In this document: one piece after another, positions 13,758 through 33,221 of the stretch
Layout: each line of letters opens with the position of its first letter
Numbering within the stretch: position 1 is the stretch's first letter
Assembly (NCBI RefSeq): GCF_009914755.1
Contig: NC_060927.1
Reading direction: 5' to 3' (one strand)
Source of the DNA: the human T2T-CHM13v2.0 reference genome, Homo sapiens
Length of the DNA: 64,000 nucleotides
Translations under genes and position numbers: made by a program
The notes under the pieces: generated by a model
Database searches by the model: none
What the model saw: only the letters and a program-made list of their open reading frames with translations
What the model was told of the DNA's origin: nothing

Positions 13758-14740
13758 CTTTAGTCCATCTCCTATGATTGCACAGGTAAGCTGCAAATGC
13801 CAAGGACTTGATGAGCTCAGTTCACCCCTTGCCAACAATGTATCAGTTCCTGAGAGAATGAGTTCCTGAAGTCTTGCTGTTAGCAACTATAAGTAGAGGG
13901 ACTGCTTGGTTTTCTATATCCTAGTTATTTTATGAAGTTAAGTTTTAGTTTCTTCCATCCTTCCACATCTAGAGTCCACAACAAATACAATGCCATCTGT
14001 GCATCTGGCATATGACTTCCACAGTGGCCTTACTTTGTCCTAAACACCTACATCCCAGAAGTGAAAAGGGACTGTTTTAGAATTTGCCAAGATTACCTTA
14101 ATTTTCTCCGTGTTAAATCTTTTGGTAGGTACAGTATTTACAAATTCATGAGCTGCAGCCTGTATAAGACAGTTGTCTTGCTAGCACAGTACAAACCCAG
14201 GAAAACAGTGTGGAAAGACTGAAATGAAGGCCGACTGGACAGGATAGAAGTGTGGTCTGATAGTCCATTTCCCAATTTCCCACTGCAAATAAATGTCCCA
14301 AATTGAAATGCTTTCTTCTTGCTTTAGAACTTCTCTTCGTAGGTGATCCAGCTATAAGACTAACCATCCTTCCCTTCTCTTCACTCAGCGTCTGTCCTAA
14401 CATCTGGGGAGGTGCTCTGATACCTGTCCGTGGGCACCAGGGAGGCCTGGGCCGCGGCGGAGGACAGGGCACCAGGTGGGTGCTGTGTGCCTGGCTGCTC
14501 TAACAGTGCTCGCCCAGCAGTCCGCAAGTCTGTTTCTAGCATGCTTATCTTCCTATCTTCCCAGCCTCTCATCCTTTCACTTTTTTTCTAGGGTATGACA
14601 GCAGATAACTAAGCCTTCTAAAATTATGCCTAGAATAATATCTGAACTATGGTTTATGTGTTTGTAGGCAAGGGTCCTGTCTCCCAATAAAAAATGTAAA
14701 AATTCATTTGATAGAAAGATACTTTTAAAAAATTGATTCT

Positions 14741-15346
<606 letters not shown>

Positions 15347-16476
15347 TATCCTAAATTTCACTTTGCTTCAGGATGTTCTTTAAAAGAAATCAATAATGTC
15401 ATTTGAAAATTGAAATGCAGATTTGGTTTCTGACCATTGAAATGGAAGAGCAGCAGAGTAGTCTGTAATAAGTCTGTACTGAGAATGGGAATGGGGAAAG
15501 ACTCACAAAAACATGATTTTAAAACAAAAAGAAAACATGAATGTTACTTTGTGGAGTTACCCTGGAAGATTTTAAGTCAGTCCAGGGAACACAACAGATT
15601 CTAGTAAGACTGTGCTAATGACAGTCTTTGACAGTTGGTTTGTTAATACCTCAAATGATTTGTAGTACAGTTTATACTGTGCAGATGCTGTTTAAGACTG
15701 TATATGTGTAAAGCAAAAGTTACTACCAGTTGATAGTTTTTTACTTTGTATACTTATCAATATAATATTGAGGCATAAGATATGTAGCCACGCTGTCCAG
15801 TGGTCATTAGGGGGAAAATGTCTCCAGGATTGTAGGAAAAGCTGTCAGAAGTGAGTCCTTGTTAATTGCGTTTATTCAATGGAGAGTTTCCTATCAGTTA
15901 ACAGACACAGCTTCCTGTATGACAGAAGTGTCGTGGCTCATGGCCATCCCCGCTCCTATTGTTTACATACCTGTGTGAAGTCAGAATCCTTTATAGAAAG
16001 AAGAAAATATTGTGTTAAAGTAGAAATTACTCATTTTTCTTAAAATCTGTATCAGAGTAATATTTATTTTGATTAGAAGAAAAAACTATGTTATCTTTTT
16101 CTTTTTGCCTTGTATGTATTTGCTTATATTTTGAAAAGTGCTTTTAGTTACAAATAAACCTTAAACCTCTGTGTAGAAAAATGTGAAAGGTATAGGCATG
16201 GTCTCTTCACTTCCTCAGTTACATCCTCTCATGCAGAGGTTCTAATCACAGTTAAATTTCAATGTCTTCAAACACGGATAAGTGGGTTTTTTTAAAAAGG
16301 CACAGTCTTATACTTATTTCTGTAACCCCAATCATACTTTGGTTGGCTGGTTTTAAAAAATCATGTTACACAAAACTGAGATGACCCAGTTTAGAGAATC
16401 CCAATTAAAATAAGTGCTCAGGTGAAGACAGGGTAGACTTAATGCAAAATTATGAAATGTACTTTTCTGCTCCCAT

Positions 16477-17867
16477 TGTGTCCGGAATTGGTGGGTTCTT
16501 GGTCTCACTGACTTCAAGAATGAAGCCGCGGACCCTCACGGTGAGTGTTAACAGTTCTTAAAGATGGTGTATCCGGAGTTTGTTCCTTCTGATGTTCGGA
16601 CGTGTTCAGAGTTTCTTCCTTCTGGTGGGTTCGTGGTCTCGCTGGCTTCAGGAGTGAAGCTGCAGACCTTCGTGGTGAGTGTTACAGCTTTTAAGGCAGC
16701 ACGTCTGGAGCTGTTCGTTCCTCCCGTCCGGAGTTGTTTATTCCTTCTGGTGGGTTCGTGGTTTTGCTGGCCTCAGGAGTGAAGCTGCAGACCTTCGCGG
16801 TGAGTGTTACAGCTCACAAAGGCAGTGCGGACCCAAAGAGTGAGCAGCAGCAAGATTTATTGCAAGGAGTGAAAGAACAAAGCTTCCACAGTGTCAAAGG
16901 GGGCCTGAGCAGGTTGCCACTGCTGGCTCTGGCAGCCTGCTTTTTATTCCTTTATCTGGCCCCACCCACATGTTACTGATTGGTGCATTTTACAGAGAGC
17001 TGATTGGTTTTACAGAGAGCTGATTGGTCTGCTTTGACAGGGTGCTGATTGGTGCGTTTACAATCTCTGAGCTAGACACAAAAGTTCTCCAAGTCCCCAC
17101 TAGATTAGCTCCACACAGAGCACTGATTGGTGCATTTACAAACCTTTAGCTAGACACAGAATGCTGATTGGTACATTTACAATCCTCCAGCTAGACGTAA
17201 AAGTTCTCCAAGTCCCCACTTAACTCAGGAGCCCAGTTGGCTTTGCCTAGTGGATCCTGTGCCGGGGCTGCGGGCGGAGCTGCCCGCCAGTCCCGCACTG
17301 TGCGCCCACACTCCTCAACCCTTGGGCAGGCGATGGGACCGGGAGCCGCGGAGCAGGGGGTGGTCCCCATCGGGGAGGCTCAGGCCACGTGGGAGCCCAC
17401 TGCAGGGGTGGAGGGGAGGCTCGGGCCTGGCAGGCTGCACGTCTCAAGCCCTGCCCCACGGGGAGGCAGCTGAGGCCTGGCGAGAATTTGAGCCTGTTGC
17501 TGGCAGGCTGGCACTGCTGGGGGACCAGGCGCACCCTCTGCAGCTGCTGGCTGGGGTGCTAAGCCCCTCACTGCCTGGGGCCAGTGGCGCCGGCCGGCTG
17601 CTCCGAGTGCGGGGCTGCCAAGTCCACGCCCACCCGGAACTCTCGCTGTTCCATGAGCACTGCGCGCAGCCCCAGTTCCCACCCGCGCCTCTCCCTCCAC
17701 ACCTCCCTGCAAACAGAGGGAGCCAGCTCCAGCCTCAGCCAGCACAGAGAGGGGCTCCCACAGTGCAGCAGGGGGCTGAAGGGCTCCTCAAGCGCGGCCA
17801 GAGTGGGCACCAAGGCTGAGGAGGCACCAAGAGCGAGCGAGGGCTGCCAGCATGCTGTCACCTCTCC
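16477..17867 (-). mobile_element. Solo ERV9 LTR (LTR12C/E-like)
   Basis: Minus strand starts (G)GAGAGGTGACAGCATGCTGGCAG and ends CCAATTCCGGACACA. 4-bp TSD CCAT at 16473-16476 and 17868-17871; six CCAAT boxes at 16979-17171; U5 tandem repeats. Confidence 0.93.
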
Positions 17868-18411
17868 CCATCTTTTCTTTAGTATCAATTTCAACCCTCC
17901 TTTTCCCAATTCAGGATTTTCCATACTCTAATCATTTGGATTAATAATTTAAATTACATACCATTCTATGGTACACTTCAACCAGTATTTAAAATTAAAG
18001 TTGTATTTCTTGTTGTGGAACCAAAAGTATCTTCTGGAGGAGACAGGAGATTATTAAAGGGTGTACTTAGGTGACCTGAGGGCAAACCTGGTCAGTCATT
18101 TTATCGAGAAATAGGTGGGATGCTTGAACAGCCTCAAGTAAAGCTGAGTCTTACTCCCTATTCTTCTGACACTGGCCTTCTTATAGAGTTGTTAATATTG
18201 TCCTCCACCCCTGGGGATGGGACTGCCTGCCCACTTTGTAGACCAGCAGATCCTAACTTTTCCAATGAGAACTTAGGAAACAAATAAAATTGTACGCCCC
18301 TGCATCAGAATTTTTCTGTTTTATTCTCTGATTAAGAAAGTACACATGATAAAAAGCTACCTGAATTCATCCAATAGCAGCTTTAAGTGACTATCTAAAA
18401 CTTGATATTCA

Positions 18412-18809
<398 letters not shown>

Positions 18810-19133
18810 TCAGGGTCAACTACATTTGATATTATTTCACTTAGCATTTAATTATTTTCATGTTATATTGCACCTTTATTCTCCAGTTTTGAAGTTTAAT
18901 ACAAGTGTAATACGTTTTTTGTCATTATGTAGTTGTACTTGATTTCTTTTCTGTTTTGTCTACTTTTTTCTGAACTTTCAAAAAAATTAACACCTAAATT
19001 GCAAACAGATTAGAGAGATAGCAATCTTAATTGGATTTCTGGTTATATCACAGGTGATAAGCTATCACAGGTGACAAACTGTAAAATGTTCAAACTTATG
19101 CTCCTAACTGGTTGTCCCACTAGTAACCTGTAG

Positions 19134-19318
19134 CAGTGGTTCCCAAATGCAAACTACCTGCTTAAAGGTCATTGTTGTGGGTGGGGCACTTAAATATATG
19201 GATTCTTGGGTCCCCTCTAGATATTCTCAATCATCGGGCCTGGGGTGGGGTCTAGAAATCTTTAGTCTTTAAAGTTCCATCGATTATTTTGATGCACAGT
19301 GAAATTTGGGAATCACCA
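19134..19318. mobile_element. MER5A-like MITE
   Basis: CAGTGGTTCCCAAA ... TTTGGGAATCACC inverted termini, ~185 bp. Confidence 0.6.
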
Positions 19319-19769
19319 ATTTTCTGTACAATCCATAAATCTGCATGTAGTGACATACTGGTAAACCTTTATTTTTTTTGTATACTAAAGGACCAGCAGA
19401 ATTGGGCCCATGCCAACATGTCACCTCTAGGGCCTAGACTGCCCTCACTTTTGTTTTTTTCTAGGTTGGTTTCTTAGCACTACCAAGTTGAACATGAACA
19501 GTACGACTCCTGCCTCTAGGAGGCAGCTTGGAATATTGTCAGTACTGGATTTTAGAGAGCCTGGCTTCTGTGAATGAACTCTTGGCCTTGGTTCCTCATC
19601 TGTAAAAAGATTTTAGAGTAGCCTTTTGCCTTTAAGTGTTTACCATAAACTAGATAAAAGAGCATTCCCCTTTATCTGCAACCCCTGTATTAGTGTTATT
19701 TTCATATATAGTCCACTTTTCATTAACTGCACTCCAGGTGTCATAGCTGTATCAGCCAGTGTCTCTAGA

Positions 19770-20110
19770 CTTTCTTCAGTTTGCTATAACAAAGTACCAT
19801 GAATTGGATGGCTTATAAACAACAGAAGTTTATTTCTCACAGTTCTGGAGGCTAGAAATATGAGATCAAGGTGCTGGCAGCTTCAGGTCTGGTGAGGATG
19901 CGTTTCTTGGTTTCCAGACAACTGTCTTCTTGCTGTATCCTCATATGGTAGAGAAAAGTTAGAGAGCTTTTGAGGTTCTCTTTAAGAACACTAATCCTTT
20001 TCATGAGGATTTCTACCCCCTAACCCAGTACCTTCAAAGGCTCCACCTCCTAATACCGTCACATTGAGGATTAGGATTTCAACATAAAAGTTTCGAGGGG
20101 ATGCAAACAT
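19770..20110. mobile_element. MLT1A-like MaLR LTR
   Basis: GCTATAACAAAGTACC...AAACAACAGAAGTTTATTTCTCACAGTTCTGGAGGCT...GATTAGGATTTCAACAT hallmarks. Confidence 0.7.
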
Positions 20111-20345
20111 GTAGGCAGGTAGGCAAACTTATGATGACCAAGAACCGGTTCTAACCTCAGGAAATGAAGCAATAATGGTAATATCATTTCACTGGAGAAG
20201 TTTCTGCCTGTTTCCAGAGGGAGAGGGCTGATTAAGAGCTCTCCCTACATTCCACCTTGTGAAAATTGCCATCAGATATCGTGTAAAACTATGAAGTCAT
20301 CTTTTTTAAACACAAAGTATGACTTCATGGTGTAGACAATGTTTA

Positions 20346-20996
<651 letters not shown>

Positions 20997-22329
20997 ACAA
21001 GTTTTTAATAGTTTTTGGTAATACCCATCACAAAGAGATATTAAAGAATTAATAATAATGGTGATCACTGCCGTTTAATGAGAGATACCCATGGGTGTGT
21101 TGCTCTACAGTTTCCTTCTTTCTCTCACTTAATTCTGAAAACATTCCTGTGAGGTGGACAGTGTCCGAGCTCTTTCTGCCTCTTGGCCAGTTTGGGCCCT
21201 GTTCTTCCCATTACCCGCTATTCGGTTGCCCATATTTTCTCCCTCCTTTTTTGCCATGTCATGTTTTCTTCCCCAACTTGTATTCTCCTCTGCTTTTCCT
21301 TTGTAATAAGCTCATTCCCCTAACCTGTTGCATCTCTCACACCAAATTTCAGACCAAAAGAAAAACCTGTGATGGGTTTGGGGAAAGTATAGGCCCATGG
21401 GTAGGCTTTTTATTCCCTCCCTCTTCATCTCTTCTGTCTCTTAAATGAAGGCATCAGACTTTGTAACCAGTTAGCAGAGGGCATCTTGAAGGAGTTTGTC
21501 TTGTTCAGCATCAAAACCCCTGACATTTAACCCTCTGCCTAGTACATGGGCATTCAGTAAGTGAGTGAATAAATCCAATTCACATCGTACATTTATTTAA
21601 AAGAGTAGTTTTGCTGGGTGCGGTGGCACTCTAGAAGCCAACACAATGCTTTAGAATGGTATTGTGGCCAAATTATGGTGTACCCAAGTGTATGTAACAG
21701 TGATTTATGATAACAGCTAACAGGGTTGGAGGAATGTCTCAAGTATTAGTATTTAGAGAACCCAATTATAGAATACACATTGAAATGAAAATTGAATAAC
21801 CTGTAACTGGATACTTACCATTCTCCTCCCACCTAACATGGACATACTTTTTACATTATAAACCATCTATTAGATTCTTTTAAAGGTGAGATTATGGAGA
21901 TAGAAGAGCAAGGAAGAGCCAGTTAGTGGGTCAGAAAATGAAACTTCTGTGCTTAAAATGGTCATAAGTGATGTAGCTGTGAGCAAAAACTGCTCGCATT
22001 TGTCACTAATTTCGCTTCTAGGTGCTGAGATGTGTTTCCCATTTTAAGTATTGTTTACACTTTCCTACGTGTCCAGGAGAGTTTTGAGAATTGAGGAAAG
22101 TTTCCTGCTTATTCGTAGCTAGGTAGGCTTAGAATGGTTTTAACATTCTTTTATCATCCAGTTTGCTTGACCAATGGCTATGGGTTTGTTGCAGTTCTGC
22201 ATCCGTTTCTGTACTTGTTTTGTAAAGAGAATCCACACAGTAAACAAAAGAGAGGAGAGAGGTAATCTTTCCATCTCTTTTAATACACTGTAAAAATTGG
22301 GATAGTGCCACCATCTGCTTATTTGTTGA

Positions 22330-22542
<213 letters not shown>

Positions 22543-23888
22543 TAAATTTAATTTTTAATCACAGAAACTAGATTTATCTTATGTCCTAATAGATCTGAGT
22601 ATTTTAACATATACAAAACACTTCTTTAGGTTGATTTTGCCTTATCTGGCAGAGACCATTCTAGGATTAAGTGCTTTGTTTTGATGGTGCTTAAAATTGT
22701 GCTATTTATAGTAATATTGTCAGCAACCTAGAATTAATCCCCTGTTTTCCAGCCCATAGAGAAATGTTTTTGAACCTTTCTCGAGGTTAAAAATGGTGTC
22801 AAGCCAGGTGCAGTGGTGTGCACCTGTAGTCCAGCTACTTGGGAGGATTGTTTGAGCCCAAGAGTTTGAGTCCAGTCTGGGCAACAAAGCAAGACCCCAA
22901 AAAAAGGCAGGGCAGGTCAGGGGGCCAAACAACTAGAGAATCAGAATCTCTTCCCAAAGCTTTGGATTCTGTTGTGCTCCCTGTCATGTTTTGGTCTTGT
23001 TCCTTTACCTCCAGGCCTCAGTTTTCTTTCTAGGACAGGTGAGGATTGCCCAAGTCACCCATCTCCTGTACTCAATCTATGATTCTCATTCAGTCAGAAA
23101 GAAAACCCCGTCTTGGGGATTAGGTAGACTGCCAGATAAAAGTACAACTGCAGCAACAAGAAGTAATCGAAAGTCACTTTTTTAAAAAATTGGTAAAATT
23201 ACAGGTAATTTTTACTTTGTGTTTTGGTATATTTCACAAATAAAAATTAAGAGACCCAAATAACACCAGCTTATGTGACTTGTGTTCTGCTGTGGTCCTT
23301 GCCCATTACTGGCTCTGCATCCATGGACACTCGATTATATAATAGTAAATTCTGTGATGTAGGTAGACAGGATGTCTATAGGACCTGATGTAACGGTCAG
23401 AAAAAAGCAGAAATAGACTTCTCTTCAAATTTTGTTCAGCCTTTTGGGTGTAGTCATTGTTTGCTAAGTATGTTGTTTAATTATCTTTATGTACCCATTA
23501 TGTTGCACTTCAGTTTTTAAGAGGTATTTATGATTCTCAGTATTTTAAAGCTTACTTTGAGGCAGTGTAGTACTACCAGCTAACACAAGAGGTCAGCAAA
23601 CAATTAGCTATTCAAACTTGGAAATGTTAATATTTAAAAGATTTAAAATTGCTAAAGATGAAATTAGGAAGTACTGAACTTACCGTCAGTGGACATAACA
23701 TTTTAAATGAAATTGACACAGTCCCTGAGATGGTATCAATGAACACTTTCTAATCAAATTTATTGTCTATCTTCTTGACAGCTTTAATTAAAACTGCTTT
23801 TAGTCACCTTCTTAAGGGTCATTCAGTTGAATATTTAGTAACAAGTTTGTTTGCTGTTTAAATATTGTCTGTCACTTGTTTTTTTTAG

Positions 23889-24152
<264 letters not shown>

Positions 24153-25125
24153 TAATCGGCTTTTCAAAAGAAAGTTTTAATCAAGTTCAGTCTACTAGTT
24201 GAGACACACAACTTCATTAATCAGTATATTCTAGCAACAAGGTATTTTAAACTGAAGACTGACGTAAGTTTGCCTTGGGCTTTTAGTTTCAATTATTCTT
24301 CCTCCTTTTTTTTTCCTGTTGCTTAATTTCCCATAGAGTTCTTATAAAACAAATCAGACACTTCTAAATGTCGAGTCATCTGCCTGGCAAGCCTCACCTG
24401 TGCCTCTGGGGTTCAGTGAGCATGTGTCCCATAGCTGGTCACTGAGATGGCACTCAATTTTGAAAATGGTAGTTGTTAAATACTTAGTGACTATTGAATT
24501 GTGACTTTTTTGGGACTTCATTTCATTTAAAAAATATTTTTCTGTAGTCACAGCTACTAGGGTGGCTGAGGTGTCAGGATTGTTTGAACCCAGAAGGTCA
24601 AAGCTGCAGTGAGCCATGAGCATGTCACTGCACTGCATTCCAGCCTGGGTGGCAAAGCGAGACCCTGTCTCAAAAAATATATATATATACACATATGTAT
24701 ATATATACACACACACAGACAAATATATTTTCTAGGTAAACCAAATATAAATTTATTAAAGATCCTAAGATTCAGAGAAATACTATACTTAATTGGAGGT
24801 CCAGGTTTTGCCTGGCAACCTGGCTCTTTAACCAGCGTAAAGGTTAATAGTGTTGCACTGCAACAGCCCCGAAGACTTCACAGTATTCACAATGCCGTTA
24901 ACTGGTGACATTGAGCTAAGGGTCACATGAACACAGCTGGATGTTCATTGCAGTCTGAAGCCTTGACCGTTCCAGTCTCTACTGAACTCAGCCTAACACA
25001 TAAGAGTAAAGAAACTCCAATTGAGTGTTGTTTGTTGGGAGAAAAATGGAATGAACTAAGATAAAGACAGACCAGTACACTAAAGCCTAAGCATTCCCTC
25101 TTCCCCCAACGTTATGTTTTTTTGA

Positions 25126-25383
<258 letters not shown>

Positions 25384-26061
25384 ATTGGGGTTTCACAATT
25401 CTTACATTATTTGTCTGTCACAGAAGAGAGCTGCTTATGATTTTGAAGGGGTCAGGGAGGGTGGGAGTTGGTAAAGAGTAGGGTATTTCTATAACAGATA
25501 TTATTCAGTCTTATTTCCTAAGATTTTGTTGTAACTTAAGGTATCTTGCTACAGTAGACAGAATTGGTAATAGCAACTTTTAAAATTGTCATTAGTTCTG
25601 CAATATTAGCTGAAATGTAGTACAGAAAAGAATGTACATTTAGACATTTGGGTTCAGTTGCTTGTAGTCTGTAAATTTAAAACAGCTTAATTTGGTACAG
25701 GTTACACATATGGCCATTTATGTAAAGTCCCTCTAAGACTACATACTTTTTGTTTAAAACAAAATTGGAATTTGTTTTCCCTTCTTGGAAGGGAACATTG
25801 ATATTTAACAGAGTTTTTAGAGATTGTCATCTCATATATATAAAATGGACACGTGGCTATAAAACACCATATAAGAGATGAGTAGTGCGTTTTATTTTAT
25901 ATGCCAATCTACTTTGTTTAAAAAAGGTCTGAATCAGGACTTGTGAAAACCTGTAGTGAAATACCTTAAGCTGTTAACTAACTGTAAGGCGTGGAATAGG
26001 AGTTGCTCAGTGGATTGGTTCTATGTTGTGGACTACTTAAGTCTGCATTTGTTACTGTGCT

Positions 26062-26091
26062 AATAAACAATATTAAAAACCACCTAATAAA
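26062..26091 (+). terminator. UBE2E1: UBE2E1 poly(A) signals
   Basis: AATAAA at 26062-26067 and 26086-26091, followed by a U/GU-rich downstream tract, about 700 nt after the stop codon. Confidence 0.75.
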
Positions 26092-26864
26092 CACTGCTGT
26101 GTTCATTTACTTTTCTTTTGCCTTTTGGTTGCCATTCGCAGATTCTTCTGAAATCGATAGGTATCTGCTTCTAAAACAAGCTAAAAATAATGCATATTTA
26201 GTAGGTATTAGTTAGTTACCTATATTAGGATCTGTACTTTACACAGCTGTAGATGAGGTATCCTAGAAAAGGTTAAATAATCTACCCCATTTAGGCTTCA
26301 AAGACGAACCCTACTGCATCTTTTTAAAAGCATTTTCTGACTTGCAGATGCTGTAGTAGCAAGTACATGAGAAATGGGTTCCGTCATGGATAAATTGGTA
26401 CCCTGCCTTAGGGGGCATTTTGGCAGTACATGTCCTGACCCAGCAGTTCTGTTTCTGTATGTCTCTTTCAGAGAAACTTATCTGGATACACATACATTCA
26501 TTACAGAATTTAAAAAGAATTGGTAACTGTTTGTACTAATATAGACTAAGTTGCATTAGTAGGAAACAAAGCAAACTGGAAGGTACTTATTTAAAAATCA
26601 TTATGAAAGCATTTGTCCATCTATGTAACATGCATGGGTGGGAAGCTAGATTAATATTCAATAACCGGGGGAAAAGGGTAAGGGGGTGAGTTAGTGTCTG
26701 GTAATTTTTTTTTACCAAAAAATGAATTTATGATGAGAAATTTTGAAGAATTATACTGTAGCAGCAATAGCTGATTTGTAAGTATCGTCTTTTATATGTA
26801 GTAGTTCTTCACTAGAGCTCATGAAAAAAGTATTCCATTTAAGATGTTACAAATTACTTGATGT

Positions 26865-27081
26865 TTTAATATGTTCTTTGTTGAATAGCTTATTTTACAT
26901 TTCAGTCAAAATAGTTATTTCACAGGTGAAACCACTAAGTAGCTTACTTCCTACCTTTTAAATTAATAAAGTTACAGTCAGCCACATTGCTTGAGTCTTG
27001 CCAAAATCTTTAGAGAAACAACACAAACTCAGACATCTAAGTCAGATCAAATTAGAGCCCAATATTTTTGATACTTTTATT
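26865..27081 (-). terminator. NKIRAS1: Candidate NKIRAS1 poly(A) signals
   Basis: Minus-strand AATAAA (tttatt 27076-27081) and ATTAAA (tttaat 26865-26870), 0.8-1.0 kb after the stop codon. Confidence 0.55.
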
Positions 27082-27871
27082 GTATATGACTAGTTTTCTA
27101 GAAAACTATTCCAGAAGATACAGTCTTCCTTCCAGAAAATACAGCTTTACTGTCCTTAAGTGCCTAATCATTTTCAAGAGGAGGAGCAAACAGTTTGCCC
27201 TCAAGTATCTGGTCTATCAACAGGGGTCTGGCTAAGGAAAAAACGGCCTTAGAGCGTGATGAACCTACTTAACACTACCTGGTACCTCAACTCATGCTAA
27301 ACATTCTAATTTGAGCAAAGCTAAATCATGGGTCTTAGTCTGTTTAGCAAAATCTCCACAAGATGAAATTTAGCTTACTACCCCAAACTGTTCAATGTTT
27401 TGGGTCCAATTTAGACACAAAAAAATGTTTTATAATCCTAGACATTAGATTAATGAACTTTTTAAAAACAAAGTCATGTTTGGGCTTAGAAGTTTGCATA
27501 ATGTTACACAGAATGATTATGATATCTTCCGAAACAGCTTGGGGTTGGGGGGAAGTTACACATAGGTGCATTTGCATAACTATCCAAACTATTTTACTGT
27601 TTTCACAAGTACAACATAAATAACAAAGGTGCTAATTTCAAAGACAGGTTTCAAACAATGAGAATAAGAATATATTATTTCATATCAGGCAATAATAACC
27701 TTAGCCCAAATACTTTTAACATCTAAAGTGCATTAATTGACTTCCTTAGGAATTTTCCTAAGGACCAAAGGTAGATACAAATGGCCTATTTTAAATAGTA
27801 ATATTACTCCATGTTCACAGACACTTAAAGGCAATCACTATTCAACATACAATTGTGGAAATTACTGATTT

Positions 27872-28114
27872 TTAGTTCTCAGAATTAGAGTTCCCTTTGT
27901 TTTTCCTCCCAGGCAAAGGAAAGCTTGATTTGCTCTGGGGTTGAGAAAGTTTACTGGCTAATAAAGTGAATGGTTCAATCAGAGTTTTCCGATCTGTAAC
28001 AGTCACCTCCCACAGTCTTACTTTCTCACTTTTTGCCCACTGCTGTGCCACTTCAGCGTCCACTTGTCTCTGCTCAGAAAGGTCGATTTTGTTTCCTAAT
28101 ACCACAATTGCTAC
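27872..28114 (-). CDS. NKIRAS1: NKIRAS1 (kappaB-Ras1) last coding exon, 243 bp
   Basis: Minus strand ttttctttcag|GTAGCAATTGTG; translates [49 protein letters not shown]...NSNSEN*. Contains the G4 NKxD motif; no CAAX box. Confidence 0.96.
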   Translation of the reverse strand, partial: VAIVVLGNKIDLSEQRQVDAEVAQQWAKSEKVRLWEVTVTDRKTLIEPFTLLASKLSQPQSKSSFPLPGRKNKGNSNSEN

Positions 28115-28301
28115 CTGAAAGAAAACGGATTGAAAAGATCATACTAGTACTTTGCCAACATCAGTTCCTGGGCAAAATGGAGACATAAGGAAAATTGTTC
28201 CACTTAACAAACCTGCTTCATTAAACTGATTCTCAAGTGTGACTGGATATTAGGATTTCACCTTACTCCTTAATGCATTTTTGTTAAAAATGGAGATGCT
28301 C

Positions 28302-28599
28302 GGCCGGGCGTGCTGGCTCATGCCTATATTCCCAGCACTTTGGGAGGCCGAGGCTCGTGGATCTCTTGAGGTCAGGAGTTCAAGACCACCCTGGCCAACA
28401 CGGTGAAACCCCATCTCTACTGAAAATAAAAAAATTAGCCAGGCGTAGTGGTGTGCGCCTGTACTTGGGAGGCTGCGGCAGGAGAATCGCTGGAACCCGG
28501 GAGGCAGAGAGGGTGCAGTAAGCCGAGATGGCGCCACTGCACTCCAGCCTGGGTGACTGTGCAAGACTCCATCTCAAAAAAAAAAAAAAAAAAAAAAAA
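28302..28599 (+). mobile_element. AluS
   Basis: TSD AAAAATG(G/C)AGATGCTC. Confidence 0.9.
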
Positions 28600-29089
28600 T
28601 GCAGATGCTCTGTAGTTTGCTAACTGTAAAAAAAAAAAAATTAGCTCAGGTATGAATGGAAGATGGACTTGGGAAATTGGCATCTAGGATACAGACTGGT
28701 TTCAATGAGTCTGCATTTCAGTTTGGCTACACTTGATGTATGAGAGATTTGCAACATAGTACTTCAAAACAAGACAGCTGGAGCTGTGGGAGTTCTGTAT
28801 CCATGAGAACAGGAATTGTTGTGTTCACATTATTCACAATACTAAAAAGGTGACTGCTAAGTGTCTGTTAAATGTATGGGCCAAAAACAAAAAAAGTATG
28901 TGCCAATAGGAACATTTTACACGAATGCTTACTATACACCAGACACTGCGCGTGACAGAATACAGCAGTCAAAGCTCGGGGAGGAGAAGAGACCCCAAAC
29001 CAGATTTTCAGATAGTGCCCGTAAAGATTACACAAGACGATGTGACAGTAGACAATGGGCAGCAAGAACTGTCAAAGGCCTCTCTGAGG

Positions 29090-32720
<3,631 letters not shown>

Positions 32721-33221
32721 ATACGATTATGGGGATTGAAGAAGCATATGAGGAAGTTACTATTATTCTCCTTTTACAGATAAGGAAACTGAAGCAGAAA
32801 AGCTGAGAAGCAAAGCCAAGATTTAAGTATCTAGTACGTGAGTGTTCATTGACCTTTCAACTTTTGTGGGGCAGAGAGGGGTCTCTGGAGGATACCCAAG
32901 TAAATAATTACAGCATTTGCCTGTTTCGGTGGGAAAGATGGGAAATACGGGGGAGAGGAGCTTTCATGACTTCTTACATCTTTTCAAAACCTTGTGAATA
33001 TGTTATCTATTCATAAAGTAAATTAGTATTCTAAATAAAATATCAATAACCCAGATGTCCTACAACAGATAAATGGTTAAAAAGAGTTTGGTACGTACCA
33101 TGGAATACTACTCACCAAGAAAAAGAAATGAACTACTGATCCATGCAGTGACTTGGATGAATCTCCAGAGGATATGTGAGTAAAAAAAGCCAATCCCAAA
33201 AGATTACATATTGTATGATTT

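Noticed and set aside
16600-17230. Regularly spaced direct repeats resembling a CRISPR-like array
   Set aside because: These are the normal U3 and U5 tandem repeats of LTR12 in eukaryotic DNA, with no unique spacers.
17237-17931. Several 78-189 aa ORFs on both strands
   Set aside because: They lie in the GC-rich U3 of the LTR12; no protein-family features.
19511-19528. CTCF-like motif TGCCTCTAGGAGGCAGC
   Set aside because: Mismatch in the core; cannot be supported without ChIP data.
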